The notes below the pieces were generated by a model, which worked only from the letters and a program-made list of their open reading frames with translations, did not search any database and was not told where the DNA came from. DNA of 64,000 nt from Setoptus koraiensis (Eukaryota; Animalia; Arthropoda). This document shows, piece after piece, positions 13,569-27,037 of the stretch. Both the position numbers and the translations under genes were made by a program. Where the stretch lies: NCBI GenBank assembly GCA_048013815.1, contig CM106586.1, positions 18,972,001-19,036,000 on the forward strand, read 5' to 3'. Each line of letters begins with the position of its first letter. Within the stretch, counting starts at the first letter, position 1.

Positions 13569-16500
13569 TAATATCCGAATGGCTCGCGGCGGCACTCGAA
13601 TCACGCTCATAATAGAAAAGGTCGCGCAATATAAACATATAATGACATCTCGATAAGCAACTAATCATTTCGGTCGTGATGGCCGGCCCCATTTTGCCTC
13701 AGAACTAGAATTAGAGGGGCCACTTAGAACAGGTATCATGATATTTATATCGTGTCATAATTGTCGTTTGTGCGACAATTGTGCGACCCAACAATAAACA
13801 TTGATAAATCGCACACGACCATCATGATACAATCTTATCGCCATCAATGAACATGTCGCATTGTTGCGACATTTTGTGCCGAGCACTGGTCGTGTTATCG
13901 GCACAAAATCAGTTGAAAGCTCTCAACTGAGCTAATCTATCCACTGAACAAAAACTGGCTCAAGTGGGCCGAGACACATCGGGGCCCACTGCAGCCATAA
14001 TACGTGATGATAACGTGATGTAATTGAATCAGCTCGGCAGCCTGTGTGATACACTGTGAGACACTTCACTTTTTCGCTGATTTACCCGCTGGGGCCCCTG
14101 TGGGCCCAGTGCCACCCAAAATAGAGTGTGTGTGATTGTTCTATATCGAGCGCCGAGCGATAATAGCACAATCGAGTCATTACGCGCACCCGGGCCCCTG
14201 GCTAGATTCTAACCAATTACACGTTAGTCTGTACAGTACAGGCTGTACTCACGTGCTGCGTGCTATCCGTTCGCTGGCGCCCGCCGATTTAAACGAGCCC
14301 GAGCCCGAGCCCGATCGGATCCGGCTCGTGTGCCCGCTCCAAATATCCGCCCGGCACTGTCCGGCGGGACTGACGGCGGGCCGACAGTCGGCAGTCGGGG
14401 GCCGGGGCCTCAAGAGAGCGCGTTTGTGTCACCGTTGCTGTCATGCTCGGCTGTGCCGGTTGATTCTTCAGCGGAAGTGTGTGTGTGTGTGTGTGTGTCG
14501 GCTAACAAGTGAGCCAGACATAGCCGTAGTCGTTTTAAAGGGGAGCCAGTGGCGACTTGATCAAAGTGATTGCCAGACAAAAGCAACTCGGGCAACAACG
14601 GTCCAGCGCACAGATCGATCGCCGGCCTCTAATCGATCGAGTTGTTGCCCAACTGACTGTACAACAAGCGGTCGGCCGGGCCGGCTAGCCCGTGCACATA
14701 GCTAGTTAAGCCCAATATGCCAACTTGATTGTTATATAATAACGCCTGGCGGCTGGTATATTTGTATATATAATGGGGCCCAATTGCTTCTTGGCGCGAG
14801 GCCCATTACACACACACACACACTGTTTTGCAGCGACAAGTCGTTGGCCAAGTTGGCCCACATGGGCCCCAAAGAAGCAAGCCCAGCCAGACAAGTGAAG
14901 CGAAGATAATAGAATGGATCTGCGCACCGCCAGCCATCGCTAAAGAGTGATATTTAATGGAGATTGAGAGGCCAGAACAGTCTATACAACACGACGAGTG
15001 GCTTGGCGGCGCACAAATGTATGCGGCATCAATTGTATTTACATTTGGTTGGGGGCCCGGCGCCATGGAGCCGCCCTGTCTGACTGTATAACTCTCCGGC
15101 GCAACAAACATCCAGCGCAAGTGCATGTTCCGATCGATTTGTGCTACGGGCAGTCTATTAAATTTATCTTCTCTCATCTTCTAAGTGCCCGGCGTGCAGC
15201 CTAACGGCTCTTGAGGCTTGCTTCTGATGGGGCCCCGCTCTGCCGTGAACGAGCGTTCGCGGCGCTTGCTAAGGCAATAAAAAGTTATTTATGCATCGCA
15301 TAAACACGTATCTTGCCAACACTGTGCCTTTGCACACATTTGGGCTGCCGAGGGAGCAAAGTTGTGTATTAATAATTTTACATATTAACAACAACTGCGC
15401 CCTCGACCTCGCGTTGGGGCTCCTTGCGAGGGGCCCCATTCGCCGATCAGCGCCGGCCATCACAACACTGCCGGCTATTATGGCTACATGGTGCCATACA
15501 CAAGCGGTAAGCGAGCGCACTAGCGGGGCCCCTGGCGCGATCGCCGGCGCAACACAACAGCTCACTCAGCAGCCAAAACATCAACCACTGGCAACATCAA
15601 CCACAGCATCGCCGACAACATCAACAACAACGGCACCCGAAATGCGCCCGAAATGATATGACAAATGTTTCTATTATTCATATATATTGGCCGCCATTTA
15701 ACGCGATGCACGCATATATATAACGCATAATATGGGTTATCCGTTTTATATATATTTTATGCCCCATCTCGCAACACATCCGTGCACTCCGTATACTCGT
15801 GCCGTTGATACCGGCCCGTTGTGTCGGGCCGCCGCCGAAGCGAGCCGACATGGCATCACATTGTGCCGCCCGGCGCTAACACCGGCGCGGACTCGGCGCC
15901 AATCCGGAGCCCCACAACTCGTGAGTCGCAAGTTGTGAGCCACGGGGCCGATATTAGCCACAAAGTTTTTGCAAATATTTGCCAAATACCAAGCTGCGCT
16001 TGAAATTGTCCAAAAGGCCGTTGTCTCAAACCGCAAGCCAGTCATTTGTGACCGTGGCCAGTTTGGCTTTTTGTCCGGCGCGCGGTTTTAACCGCGTGCG
16101 GTATATACGCGCGGTATATCCGTGTGACGTATCTGCGCGATATACGGCACGGGTGAACGGCTCCTCCTGGGAGCCTCATCAATAATAACGAGTTTGATTC
16201 GGTTTGTGGCCAGTGCGGCCGCCAACAGTGCCAAAACGGTCCCCACCGTTCAATTATCGATTCGTGCCATTATCGTCGCCCTGCCTCAACTGACCACATC
16301 GAGCCGGGGTATAAATTACCGGGCACAGTTTGTCACCGGTGGTTTCGGCACAACATGGGCACCAGTTGTGGCCAGGCTCAGTCAACTGGCGCCCTCTGGT
16401 CAACATGCTTAGCTCTGCACCCAATGGGTTGTGCGTGTGTGCGTCGCAAACCACCTTTCTGTCAGTGGATAGCGAGTGCGAGCGATGACGCAATAAACAC

Positions 16501-17018
16501 GCAATTTCGATTGGGCCCCATTAGGCCCCATTCAAGTACTCGTGGCACCGTGGAAGCGTCACAAGTCACCACGAAGAAGCGCGCAACTTGTGAATGGGTG
16601 GGGAGGGGGGCGCGAATTGAAGTTGCACGATGGGCGCCATCAAATGGCAACTTGTCGACAAGAGATTCAACTCTAACAAGAATTGATGTGCCCGCATTCA
16701 ATTGATGCAAGGGGCCCCTCTAAAGTCAAATTAACTTCATAGACACACGATGAGGCTAGCACTTGTGCGGATAAGCCAAACACAATGTAAGTAGTTGTCC
16801 AATAAATTGTCAGACTAACTTGAGCAACTCGAGTGGCTCGAAGCTCGGCTCAGGTATTGCAGTGAGGGGCACATTTTAGCTGTTGCGCAATCTCCGGCCT
16901 GTTTGCTCATCAGCACCCTTGGCTGGTTGTTATTGTTTGTTTATGGAGCGGGCCAAATGGCCCAAAGAGGATCAAATTGACTCGAACGCCAACTAGCGGA
17001 CACACCATCCGACGACCG

Positions 17019-17140
17019 CAACAACAACAACAACAACCACAACCACAACCACAACCACAACCACAACCACAACCACAACCACAACCACAACCACAACCAC
17101 AACCACAACCACAACCACAACAGCAACCACAACAACAACA
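17019..17140. repeat. Compound microsatellite (CAA)n-(CCACAA)n
   Basis: Direct reading; it explains the QP, CG, WL and poly-V ORFs here. Confidence 0.97.
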
Positions 17141-19262
17141 AATAACGCAATATTGGCACAATTTTGTGGCGCACTCTGCGGCCGCACCATGCAACATGCC
17201 AGCATTGCACACTCACTGAAGATTAAGTGATCGTATAAACAATTCGGGGGCCCCTCTCGTCCGTGAGGCCCCTCTGATCCGCGCGCTCCCCCCCCCCTAT
17301 ACGTGCGGCCCCTGGTGTGGGCAGCAGCAAGAGTACTGTAAACAACAACAGGCAGCTTATAAATAAGCGACCCTTCGTATGATAAATCTGCAAATCGAGC
17401 GGCGGACACAACGGTGGTTGCTGACGTAATTGCGCCATGTCATTTTGTTTTGGGGCGCTTTTTGTCGCAATGTGCTGTGTCGCCTTGTGGCCAGATCTAT
17501 ATTGGGCCATGCGATCGGACCATATACGTCGGGCGCTATATCGAGCTATATACGTCGGGATTTATCCAGCGATATAAATGTGGGCGAGTGTGGGGACAGA
17601 GCGGCGGCCGTTGATTGACTGTAAGTCTCTTGTAAGTCGCGCACCTCTAATAGGGGCCCTAATAGGCCTAATTAGCGCTAGAATAATATATAGAGATCAT
17701 ATATATATTTAGTGCGCCACACAGTTGGGCGGCCACAGCGGCGCCTAGTGGCCGATTACAGTGATTACAGTTTGGCCAGCGCCAGTGGGCTGGCCAAACA
17801 GTCAAGTATTGATGGTCCGATTGCAGCGACAGTCAGTGGCAGCGGCAGCGGCAGCGGCAGCGACAGTTGGTGGCAGCGGCGAGCGAGCTGACGTCGCCAT
17901 CGTGGGGCCCCACTAGCTTGGCCGACAGGAGCCAATGCGCATGGGAACACAGCGAGCGACTGGGGACACGGGGCCCCAGTGAGCGACTGGGGACCCGAGT
18001 GCCGCCGGGCTCCAGTTACTGGCGTGTGCGTGTGCGTGTGTGTGTCTCAATCATAAGCTGGCTAGCCGGAGTCATGAGTGTACATGTAAATTGATTCATT
18101 CTTGGTGCGTTCAATCAAACAGAGTTGTTTTTGGCACGCACACATTGGGCACCAGCAACATTTTGACAAGATTGCATAATCATGCATGATTAAATAGACA
18201 CACACAGCGACATATATATATATTGCGACAGCAAATAAATAGCCAATAGCTAGCAAAAATAGAGCGCATATTGATTTATTAATAAACGAGCCGCACCAAC
18301 GCCAGCAAGAAAGTTGCGTAACGCGCCGCCATACGCAAATACGTTTAGCTGGCTCACAATTGACACAATCGAGCCACCATTTTGCTGGCGACCGGCCAGC
18401 CACAACAAGCCAACAGTCAGCGTCGCCACTAGTCGCCCCATTTCGCCAGTGTCGCCACCAGTCGCCACATTGATCGCACCAGCGCGAACAGCACCAACAG
18501 CGACAGGGCGCATTTGTCACATGCCAGTGGGGCCGAGCACATCCAATTATTGGCTGCTATCTAAATAGCGGCAGCCAGTCGAAGCAAGTCGAAAAGAAAC
18601 GTCAAATTGTCTCGTCGTTTATTGTATTTACATTGGCGTCGTCAATTGGCCATTTAGCCGCGATTAAATTTGGCAATATTTCCAATGAGCGCCAACAAGG
18701 AAAATTTTGATTTTGTCACGCAAATGTATCGCCCATTTGATGGCACAAGTTGAAAACCAAGAGCCGAAAAGCAAAAGTTGAAAATCACAAAGTTGCAAGC
18801 CACAAAGTTTGACGCGATCCATGCGTGAATATCGCATTGCGGAAATGAACAAACTCAAGAGTGTCGAGTAAAGACTGACGAAATTGACACACCGTGGCAG
18901 TCGCAAATAACAAGTCGGCACACAAGCGCCATTTTGCCAGCTCAACCAATCAAGAATCAACCAATCAAGAATCGATGCCCGATAATTGCCAAGCCGAAGC
19001 AATCAATCGCCGCAATTCAGTCCAGTGCCAATCGATTAGCTGATGCCAATTAATTAGTGGGGACGCCAAGTCGATTAGTGCGACCATCGACCAGTTGGCC
19101 ATCGGAGCGTGATTATTTATATTTTGGTCAGTGTAACTAATGGTAGCAAGAAGCGAGCCCACTATCTGCAAAATAGAGCTGAATAAAGCTGGATAAGGCT
19201 GAATAAGGCTGAATAAGGCTGGATAAAGCGGCCGATGTGCCGATAATATCGCGACGAGCAAC

Positions 19263-19773
19263 ATGAAATTGCATATTAACTACAGTGAGCCACTGGAGGA
19301 TCACTCGTTCAGTTTTGCCAAGCCGTACCCTGCCATCAATCACAGCAAAAAGAAGAATTCCTTGGCCGGCCCAAGCGGCCCAGTGACTGCAATCAGCGCT
19401 GGCCAGCATCACTTGGGCCAGCGGCTGTCGTTGTGCGATCATCATTATAAGCACGAGCATAATTGTCGGCCAAGCAAAGACCGGCAACCAAGCCAATCCA
19501 TATACCAGCGCGACAGCTTTGAGCGGGGCCCCGAAAGAAGCCTGAGCAGTAACCAATCGAGCCAACACAACGGCGACAAGCGACACCAGCAACACAAGCA
19601 ACGCAAGTCCGACGCAATATCCGCCATGAGGCGAGATCAGCAGCGCGACGACACGTCCGACGACAACAACAGTGCGCCCAACGACGCGGGCCCGCATCGG
19701 GGCTCCTTCTCGGCGCGGCTCGTCAACAAATTCAAGAGCGCCTTCTTCAAGCCAGAGCGGCGCGAATCAGTAG
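19263..19773 (+). CDS. Putative first coding exon of KChIP (170 codons plus 1 nt)
   Basis: The ATG-initiated ORF MKLHINYSEP...RLVNKFKSAFFKPERRESV ends at a strong donor, GTA G|GTGAGT (phase 1, intron starts 19774). This phase matches the acceptor at 37452 (G+AC = Asp), giving ...RRESV-DSEFDEFE. The linkage is inferred from phase and position only. Confidence 0.6.
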
Positions 19774-20220
19774 GTGAGTGATACTCGAGCGCCATTCGCG
19801 GCCGCCCTCGTCGAAATTCCGACCGGTCCGGTCGTGATTTAGCCGGCCAGATTTAGCCGGCCAAATTTAGCCGGCCAAATTTAGCCCGTGTGTGTGTGAC
19901 GTATGCGGAACATGTTCATACATAAACATGACAACGGCGGATAAACACGATTTGAATAACGATACGTGACCCGACTCACTTCGGCACATTCGAGGGGCCC
20001 GATTGGCGCCGACAAATTGTAAGTTACAATCGCAAGCATGCGATTGTAGGCGATGCAAATAGTGCCACAAGCAGGCCGAAATCTCGCCCAATGACGGGCT
20101 GAATGATGGGCCCAAATTTGCCCAATGATCTTGTGGCGTAATGAGCGATCTGTCGCGCAATCTGTTCGCGTGCGTCACTTGCAGATCGCATGTGGTCCTC
20201 AATGCGAGCAGCGCGAAACA

Positions 20221-20297
20221 AGAATATAATGAGTGAAATATCCGCGCGCCAGTCGGTTGGCGCCTGGCGTGCGGATATTTCTCGCTCATTATATTCT
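20221..20297 (+). ncRNA. Candidate intronic pri-miRNA-like hairpin
   Basis: 32 base pairs (arms 20221-20252 and 20264-20297), two G.U pairs (20234/20284 and 20246/20270), a 2-nt bulge (20282-20283) and an 11-nt loop. The structure is certain from the sequence; expression is not shown and no known miRNA was recognised. Confidence 0.35.
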
Positions 20298-23200
20298 AAC
20301 AAATTTACATTTTCGCCCAGCGCTCACAATCAATTTTGTTGTCGCCGTTGTCGCCAATGTCGCTGTTGTCGCCGTTGTCAATTGCGATGCGGCGCGCCCG
20401 ACAATGCGACCACGTGCCGCGGGCCCAAATCTCGATTCTCATTACCCTGTATCACGTTGCGCGTTGCCTAATTAATTATGACGCTCGTGTGCGGCCCGTC
20501 TCGCCACTCCACCCAGGCCCCGCCGCACCTCGGCACCATCCGCACCTCGGCACCTGTCCAATGTTACCCGCGTGCACCCAGACAGGTAGTGCCTGTCTGG
20601 ACAAGGCATCCCAGACAGGTATCGGCTGTGCAAACTGCAACTCGGTACCGCTGCAATGCTGATGGCGTTGTAATCGATGCTGGTTGCCGTTGTATCGTCG
20701 CTAGCCGTTGTATCGTCGCTAGCCGTTGTGTCGGCTTACTTAGTTGTGTGACGGCTGCATCGGACCGGACCGGACAATAGACAATTAGGCTCAACTCGTG
20801 CACTCATTGCACAACGGTGGCGGCGCCACGAGCGCCTAGCAGTATTATGTAACATGTATTATGTAATGTTTTTAATGTTACATAACAGTGGCGTGCGTGC
20901 TGTCGTCCATTGGTGCATATGGTGCCACGGTATCCATTTGCTGCTGCTCTAATTGATCCGGCTAAATTTTTCATTTGTAGCGCCTCAGTTTTGCCATGTC
21001 GCTGTTGCAGTGTCCGTTGCAGTGTCCGTTGCAGTGTCCGTTGCAGGGTCCGTCCGGCAACAGCCACAGTTAAACTAAACAGAGTCAGTTGCGTCAGTGT
21101 TGCAATCAGTTTATTTGCTCGTGCCCCCCCCCCCTTACATAATCAGCAAATGAATATAATTACTGACAACTGCTGACAACATTTCACATTCACGGTGCCA
21201 CGAGTTTGCGCTGGCACGACGTGCCACTGCACGCGCCACTAATGGGCCCACCAGCAAAGCACCGCTGAATGGGCACAAGGCACAATGGCCACAAATACCC
21301 AGCCAACTAATTGCAATTGTCGCGTTGCGTTTAACGTGCTATTTAACCTGTTTTGCGCAACAGACACACTACAACTCTATCTAGCCTCTGTCCCGTCGTG
21401 CCGAGCATATGTTATGTCAGCGCGCAACATATGCAAATTATATCATACAGCATATTATTATTGGCTCGCTTGAGCCGTCAGTTTGTTTGTTTTGTCGTGT
21501 GACATATCGTCTGCGAGCTTGATAATGAAGCATTTCGATGGTCGCGTCTTGAGGCCAGCTGATGGCTCGACAACAATGCAGCAATCGAGCTATTTCGCTT
21601 CAGGCGAGCGCCGTTGTAAGAGTCGCTTTTGTTGTCGGTAGCGGTACCCCTTGTTTGGCCAGTGATTAGCTGTGACACTGTCAGACAATGCAAACATGTT
21701 AATAATAATATTAATTAAATAATAAGCCCAATCTCGTTGCCGACTGGACAGGCAAGCTGTGACGGTCGCAAAATATATCAGCTGTTCACTGGATTGTCAT
21801 TAGGTAATATTTGTTGTTGTTTGTGTGCCGAGGCCCGGAGCGACTTTTGTGGCTCGCGAGCATTAATATTTAGTTTGCGACCGGGTAACGACCAATCAGC
21901 GACCAGGTAGCGATAAATTAGCGAGATGCTGTTGCCGTCGAGCGTTTGCCCCGGTTGAAACACTCAGTCACTTCGGGCCATCAAATCACATTTTTTCCAC
22001 ATATTTTTGGTTGAAACCGTTTGATTTAAATCAGCGATTCTATAAATAAAAATATGGTCACAATCAAGTGTGTTCTGGATCACGCTTTCGAAGGTTTTTT
22101 CTGTTTCATTGGGACAGAATCGTTTTTGTCTGCTCTCGATTCGATTCAACTGCAATCAAACCTCGACATAAAGTCCGATTTCTGAGACAAAACTGATCAA
22201 CAAAATCACATGAAAAGCGATGATTCCAATGAATAAAATCACTCAGTGGTTGATATCGATTGCACACAAAAATAAATAAATCCCCAACAAAAAGCATGAT
22301 TTAAATGAAAAGACAAAAAAAAAAGATTCGGCCATTTACAAAAATGTTGGGCCGTGAATTTGATTTCAAGCATGACTCTACAGCTAACTGATTCAAATAA
22401 AGAAAAATCTCCCTTCTAGTTAGTAGACATCGCTTGGGGTCCCTTTTTGTTATCACTGGTCATTACGGCTACTGGCTCGCAACGGTTACACAATCGTGCT
22501 TGCTCAAACGGGTCCAATGAGGCCAGCTCCCGTTGTCGTCGTTCGACTCGAATCGAGTGAACGCGATTCGAGGGAACAGGGTCTTTCTTGCAAATGACAA
22601 AAACCCCATCGATACAGTTGGTAAATGTGTGCTCACAATGTAAGTGTTACATTTTAAAGTCGATAAGCTGAATGAGTCAAGTTAATGAGTTGTTGGCGAA
22701 CGCACGAGACAGGATTTCCGGCCGGCACAAGTGAGACGGCGCGGCCATCAACGCGCCGTTTATATGGCGATTATATCATTGTCCGAGCGTCTGGATTCAT
22801 GTGAGCTCGATCGCATGCTCAGCGCAATCTTTTCTGTCGCGTATGTCTATCTGGTCGAGCTGCATTGGATACATTTAAGAATTGAATTATGGCGGTGCGA
22901 GCAAAATCCGAGTTGAGATAATTTTTCGCGCGCGCACAACGGTAATGGAGATAATTTATGTAACGGTGTTAGCACGAGCATCGAACAGGAAATGAAAGCT
23001 TGTCGCGCACCTAAATTGAATAGATTAGCCTGATTTAGGCCAGGCTTAAGTTTGGCTGACAACGGTTTGTGATATATCCACAGCATGTAACGGCACGAGC
23101 CACGAACTGGTTTGGCCATTTGGCATTATGGCTACCAGTTGGCTAGCTGCAATTTATGAGAGAGAACTCATGAAATTCAATGGTCATTGGACAGTTTGGC

Positions 23201-23439
23201 GCAAGCTGGCCACCGACTGAATGTGGTGTTGATAATGGTTAGAGATACCCGCTATTATTTAATTTTTGATTATTATATTATTGCCATTCTACAGACACGT
23301 ACGCGTTGTTTTTGGCGTGAAACAGTCGTTGTAACAGTTGATATATCACACGGGCACTAATTAATAATGTTACTAATCAATTCGGATACGTTCAGATGAT
23401 GCAATTCAATTATGTTGTTGCTCTGTTACATAATCGTTA

Positions 23440-26400
23440 TCAATATAGTAGAAACTCTCTCTTGATTTGTCTTCTTGGTTGCGATTTCATGTCTTGCCAA
23501 ATGGTTTCGCCCAGCACCACGTGACCGATCACTAAATCGCGTCTTCTTTTTGCCTGGCCACCACCCATAGCGGCCGCTTCTGAATCGTTGTGATTTTCCG
23601 AGCCACTGAGGTATCGTTTCAACGACAACTGTTCGGGCTCCGAATTATAAAATGAGGCCTGGTTAACATTAGCTAGCACATGGCCGCTGTCATTGTCGTT
23701 GTGTTGGCATATTGAATTGGATGTTTGTTGATGGATATTGTGCTGCGACTGACGGATATTGCCTACGCTAGCGGATGATCTTAATTGAGTGGCGCTGTCG
23801 CCGGTTGGCTGCTTAATTGAATTAGTTGAATTATTATTATGGCTGGTTAGCATCATGAATCGTTTGGCAAAATTGGAAGCGGTAGTGGCCATAGGTTTTG
23901 TTGAAATGCCAACAGATTGATCATTTGCAGTTGTTGTATTTGCCACTTCCTGTTGCTCCGGTTGCTGGTGTGGGTGTTGGTGTAGTTGCGGTTGTTGTTG
24001 CTGTTGCTTAGGTTGCTGCTGCCTCAGGATTAATACAACAACAAAATCGGGTTGATCAACGTTTATATTGACCAAATCAAATGTTATTGACTCTTGCGAA
24101 TCCCAAAACAGTTTCGTTTGTTGTTGTCCCGCTAGATTTTGCCTCGTGACAACTGGCGTTCTCTTTTTTTTAATCACTCTCCCATTGACCATCATCATAA
24201 ATCGAAGAAAATAAGAGTTGCCTGATGGGGCGCCCAAGACGCGTTAGATCGATGGTCAAAATGGAGACAACAATGGATACAAATTAAATACAAACATACA
24301 AAATATAATAATATAATAAATACAACATATTGACGAGTGTGAGCCGATATTCATACATGGATATATGGATATGTGATACTCACCAGTTTGCAGTAACAGC
24401 TTCTTGAGGTCCTTGTCGGTGTCGTCGACAGAGGCCCTGTAGGCGTTTATTATGACCCTGTTCGATGTGGGCAAATACGACAGACCCAACAGTGTCTGGC
24501 CCTTGATCTGTGATCGGCGCGTGATTTGTGCGGCAGCGCGACCATTTCCGGTCAGTGGATTCAATTTGATTTCGGACGGATTCGGCCAGCGCAGAATAGC
24601 GAGCACAGAATAGAAAACGTTGACGTGTCATTATACAAAACACATATTCATATTATGCAAATGTTGCATTTATATCACATTGATAGTTAATAATTAATTT
24701 TAGTAATAATAATTACCTCGTGCAACATCTCGCACTCGTACGAGAGAGCCAAATGGTGCTGCTGCTGATGCTCGAACGGCTCCACCTGTAGTGTCATCGA
24801 GCTGCAACCGGAACTAGAGCTGCAGTCGGGCGCGGTATTTATTGAACTGGATATGGAGGTAACGGTCTGTTGTTGTTGTTGTAGTTGCTGTTGTTGTTGC
24901 TGTTGTTGGGTGCCTTTCATCACGCTGCTAATGGGCAACTTCAATTGGGCGACGCAAACATCATTGACGTGCTTGTTCTCAATGAATATGCGCATTCTTA
25001 TGCAACCCTCAGACAGTAGATTTGAGGCCAATTTTGGTGTGACAAATGTGGCATTAATAGGCTGATAAATGGGACACACGGTAATGGGGGCCAGTGAGAG
25101 TGGGCGCTGACTTGTGCCGGTAGCAGTGCCTCTAGCGGCCATACCGGAGTGAGACGATGATTGATTTAAACCCATATGATGATCTTCTACTTTGAATAGG
25201 CGCTGAGATATAGTTCTGAAAGTGACCACTGGTCTTGCGTCTCTCATTTTGCTGCTCATGGGTATCATTGGGCGCAGGTAGCGCGACCTAGTGGGCGCCA
25301 TTAGATCACATTGAACGTATATGTGACTAGAGGTGAATGACGAGGTGTGATTTGAATAATTGTTTATGTGATTGCCGTTGCCGCTGTTGTTGACACTAGT
25401 GAGATAATTATGCAAATGTTGTTGAGTGAGATTTTCAATGTCACAAATAGACACCTTGAAGCGTATCATTTGCTTCTGTTTAGCGGCCCTCTTGGCGCCA
25501 TTATTATCCTTTGTTTGTTGTTGCTGTTGATCTGGCTGCTCTCTGGCGGTCACTATTTTCGGCATGCACAACGTCAAGCCAGTTGGTGTTGTTGTGGTTG
25601 AATTAATTGTGTAGCCGGCTATGTTGACACCGTACACACCTAAATAATTATTGCCGGTGCTCGGCTTGTCTATCACAGAATCAGAATCATTAATTGTTAA
25701 TTTGTTTTCGTCGCTCACGGCCACCGACGGGCGCCGCAAGTCGGCGCCGGCCTCGCCATCGGCGAGCTGGCCGAGCTCCTTGTTGCTGCAATTGCTACAA
25801 TTGCTGCTCTCACTACTCTGACCGCTGCTCAACGAGCTCAAATCCTCCAGACTGACCGCGGCGCTCGGGCTACTGCCCGAGGGCGCGGCCGCCGCGCCGG
25901 GCGCCTTGGCACAATCGGTGTGGTTGTGATTGCCGGTGTGGTCGTGCAGTCTCTGGTGCTCCAGTTCGTCCGCCTCCTCTAAAACGTCCAACCAGAAGCG
26001 CATTAGAATGGGGCCCACCTTGCCCGCTTGTCCGTTGGTGTCGGGATCCGCAGCCGCAGCCGCCGCCGCCTGGTCCGCTATCGTAATCGGGGGTATGGCC
26101 AGCGGGCAGTTGCCGCTCGCCGGAAGTGGCATGGGGCTAGTCGTTGGGCCGTACTTGCGGCCACTTGGGTCCGTTAGCGCCTGGGCCGGCACCGCAAACA
26201 ACGGCCGCGCGGCCCCGGGCGGACCCGCATCGGCCGGTACCGGCGGCGGGCCGCTGCCTTCCGGCTGATGAAAATAATCGGCGTAATTGGCCGGGTCAAT
26301 GAGCTGCGGTTGCTTTTTAATGGCTGCCGGCTTATTGGCTTCAGCAAGTGCATTACATAATAACGAGCCAGTGTGGTGGGCGCAACCGGCCAGCCGCTTG

Positions 26401-27037
26401 TCTACCTGATAATGGACAGTGCCGGCTAGTTGAATATTTTCATTGTAGTGCCTGACGGACGGGGCTGGGCGCGATATTGTGCGAGAACGTGCGCAAATGT
26501 GCGATAACGTGCGCAAATGTGCGATAACGTGCGAGAACGTGTGAACGGGTGAGCGAGGAGGACAGGTGAGGGGGTGACAGTGTGCCTAATGAGTCATTAG
26601 TACTCACCTGTGTTGCAATCGAGCTGCACGGCCTTGTCGTAAGAGGGCGGCGCCTGATTTTGGGCCCGGATAATGATGCTGATGTTGTCGGCGTCATTGT
26701 TTGCCACAGTTAGAGTCTTGGGTGCTGAGAAATCATTTGCGCCGACAAGTGTTTGTCGTGGCGCTGTGGTTGTTGTTGTTGTTGTTGTTGTTTGTGTTTG
26801 TGCTGCCACTAATGAATTGGCCAGCAGCAATTGATGTTGTTGTTGTGTTGCTATGATTTTGCGCTGCTTTAATCGCTCATCCAGCCACTGGTTCAATAGA
26901 CACACTGGCGACGCCAAACAAATAGACAGTATCAATGATAAAAATAACAGTATAAGAGCTATAAGAATAATGGCAAGCTTCTCTTCATGGCTCAGATGCA
27001 AAACAATCATAATTAATATCCTCTTATGATGAGCCAA
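23440..27037 (-). CDS. Synaptotagmin-like protein (N-terminal TM, tandem degenerate C2 domains), 4 exons
   Basis: Phase-compatible exons: 27037-26608, (26464 or 26425)-24717, 24507-24384 and 24221-23440. TM segment is LAIILIALILLFLSLILSICL. C2B start GQTLLGLSYLPTSNRVIINAYRA resembles GELLxSLxYLPTxxRLTV. Also KKKRTPVV and a C-terminus IGHVVLG..WQDMKSQPRRQI resembling HWxxMxxxPRRPIA. Subfamily unresolved. Confidence 0.8.

Noticed and set aside
16910-17409. QP-repeat, CG-repeat, WL-repeat and poly-V ORFs
   Set aside because: Products of the (CAA)/(CCACAA) microsatellite.
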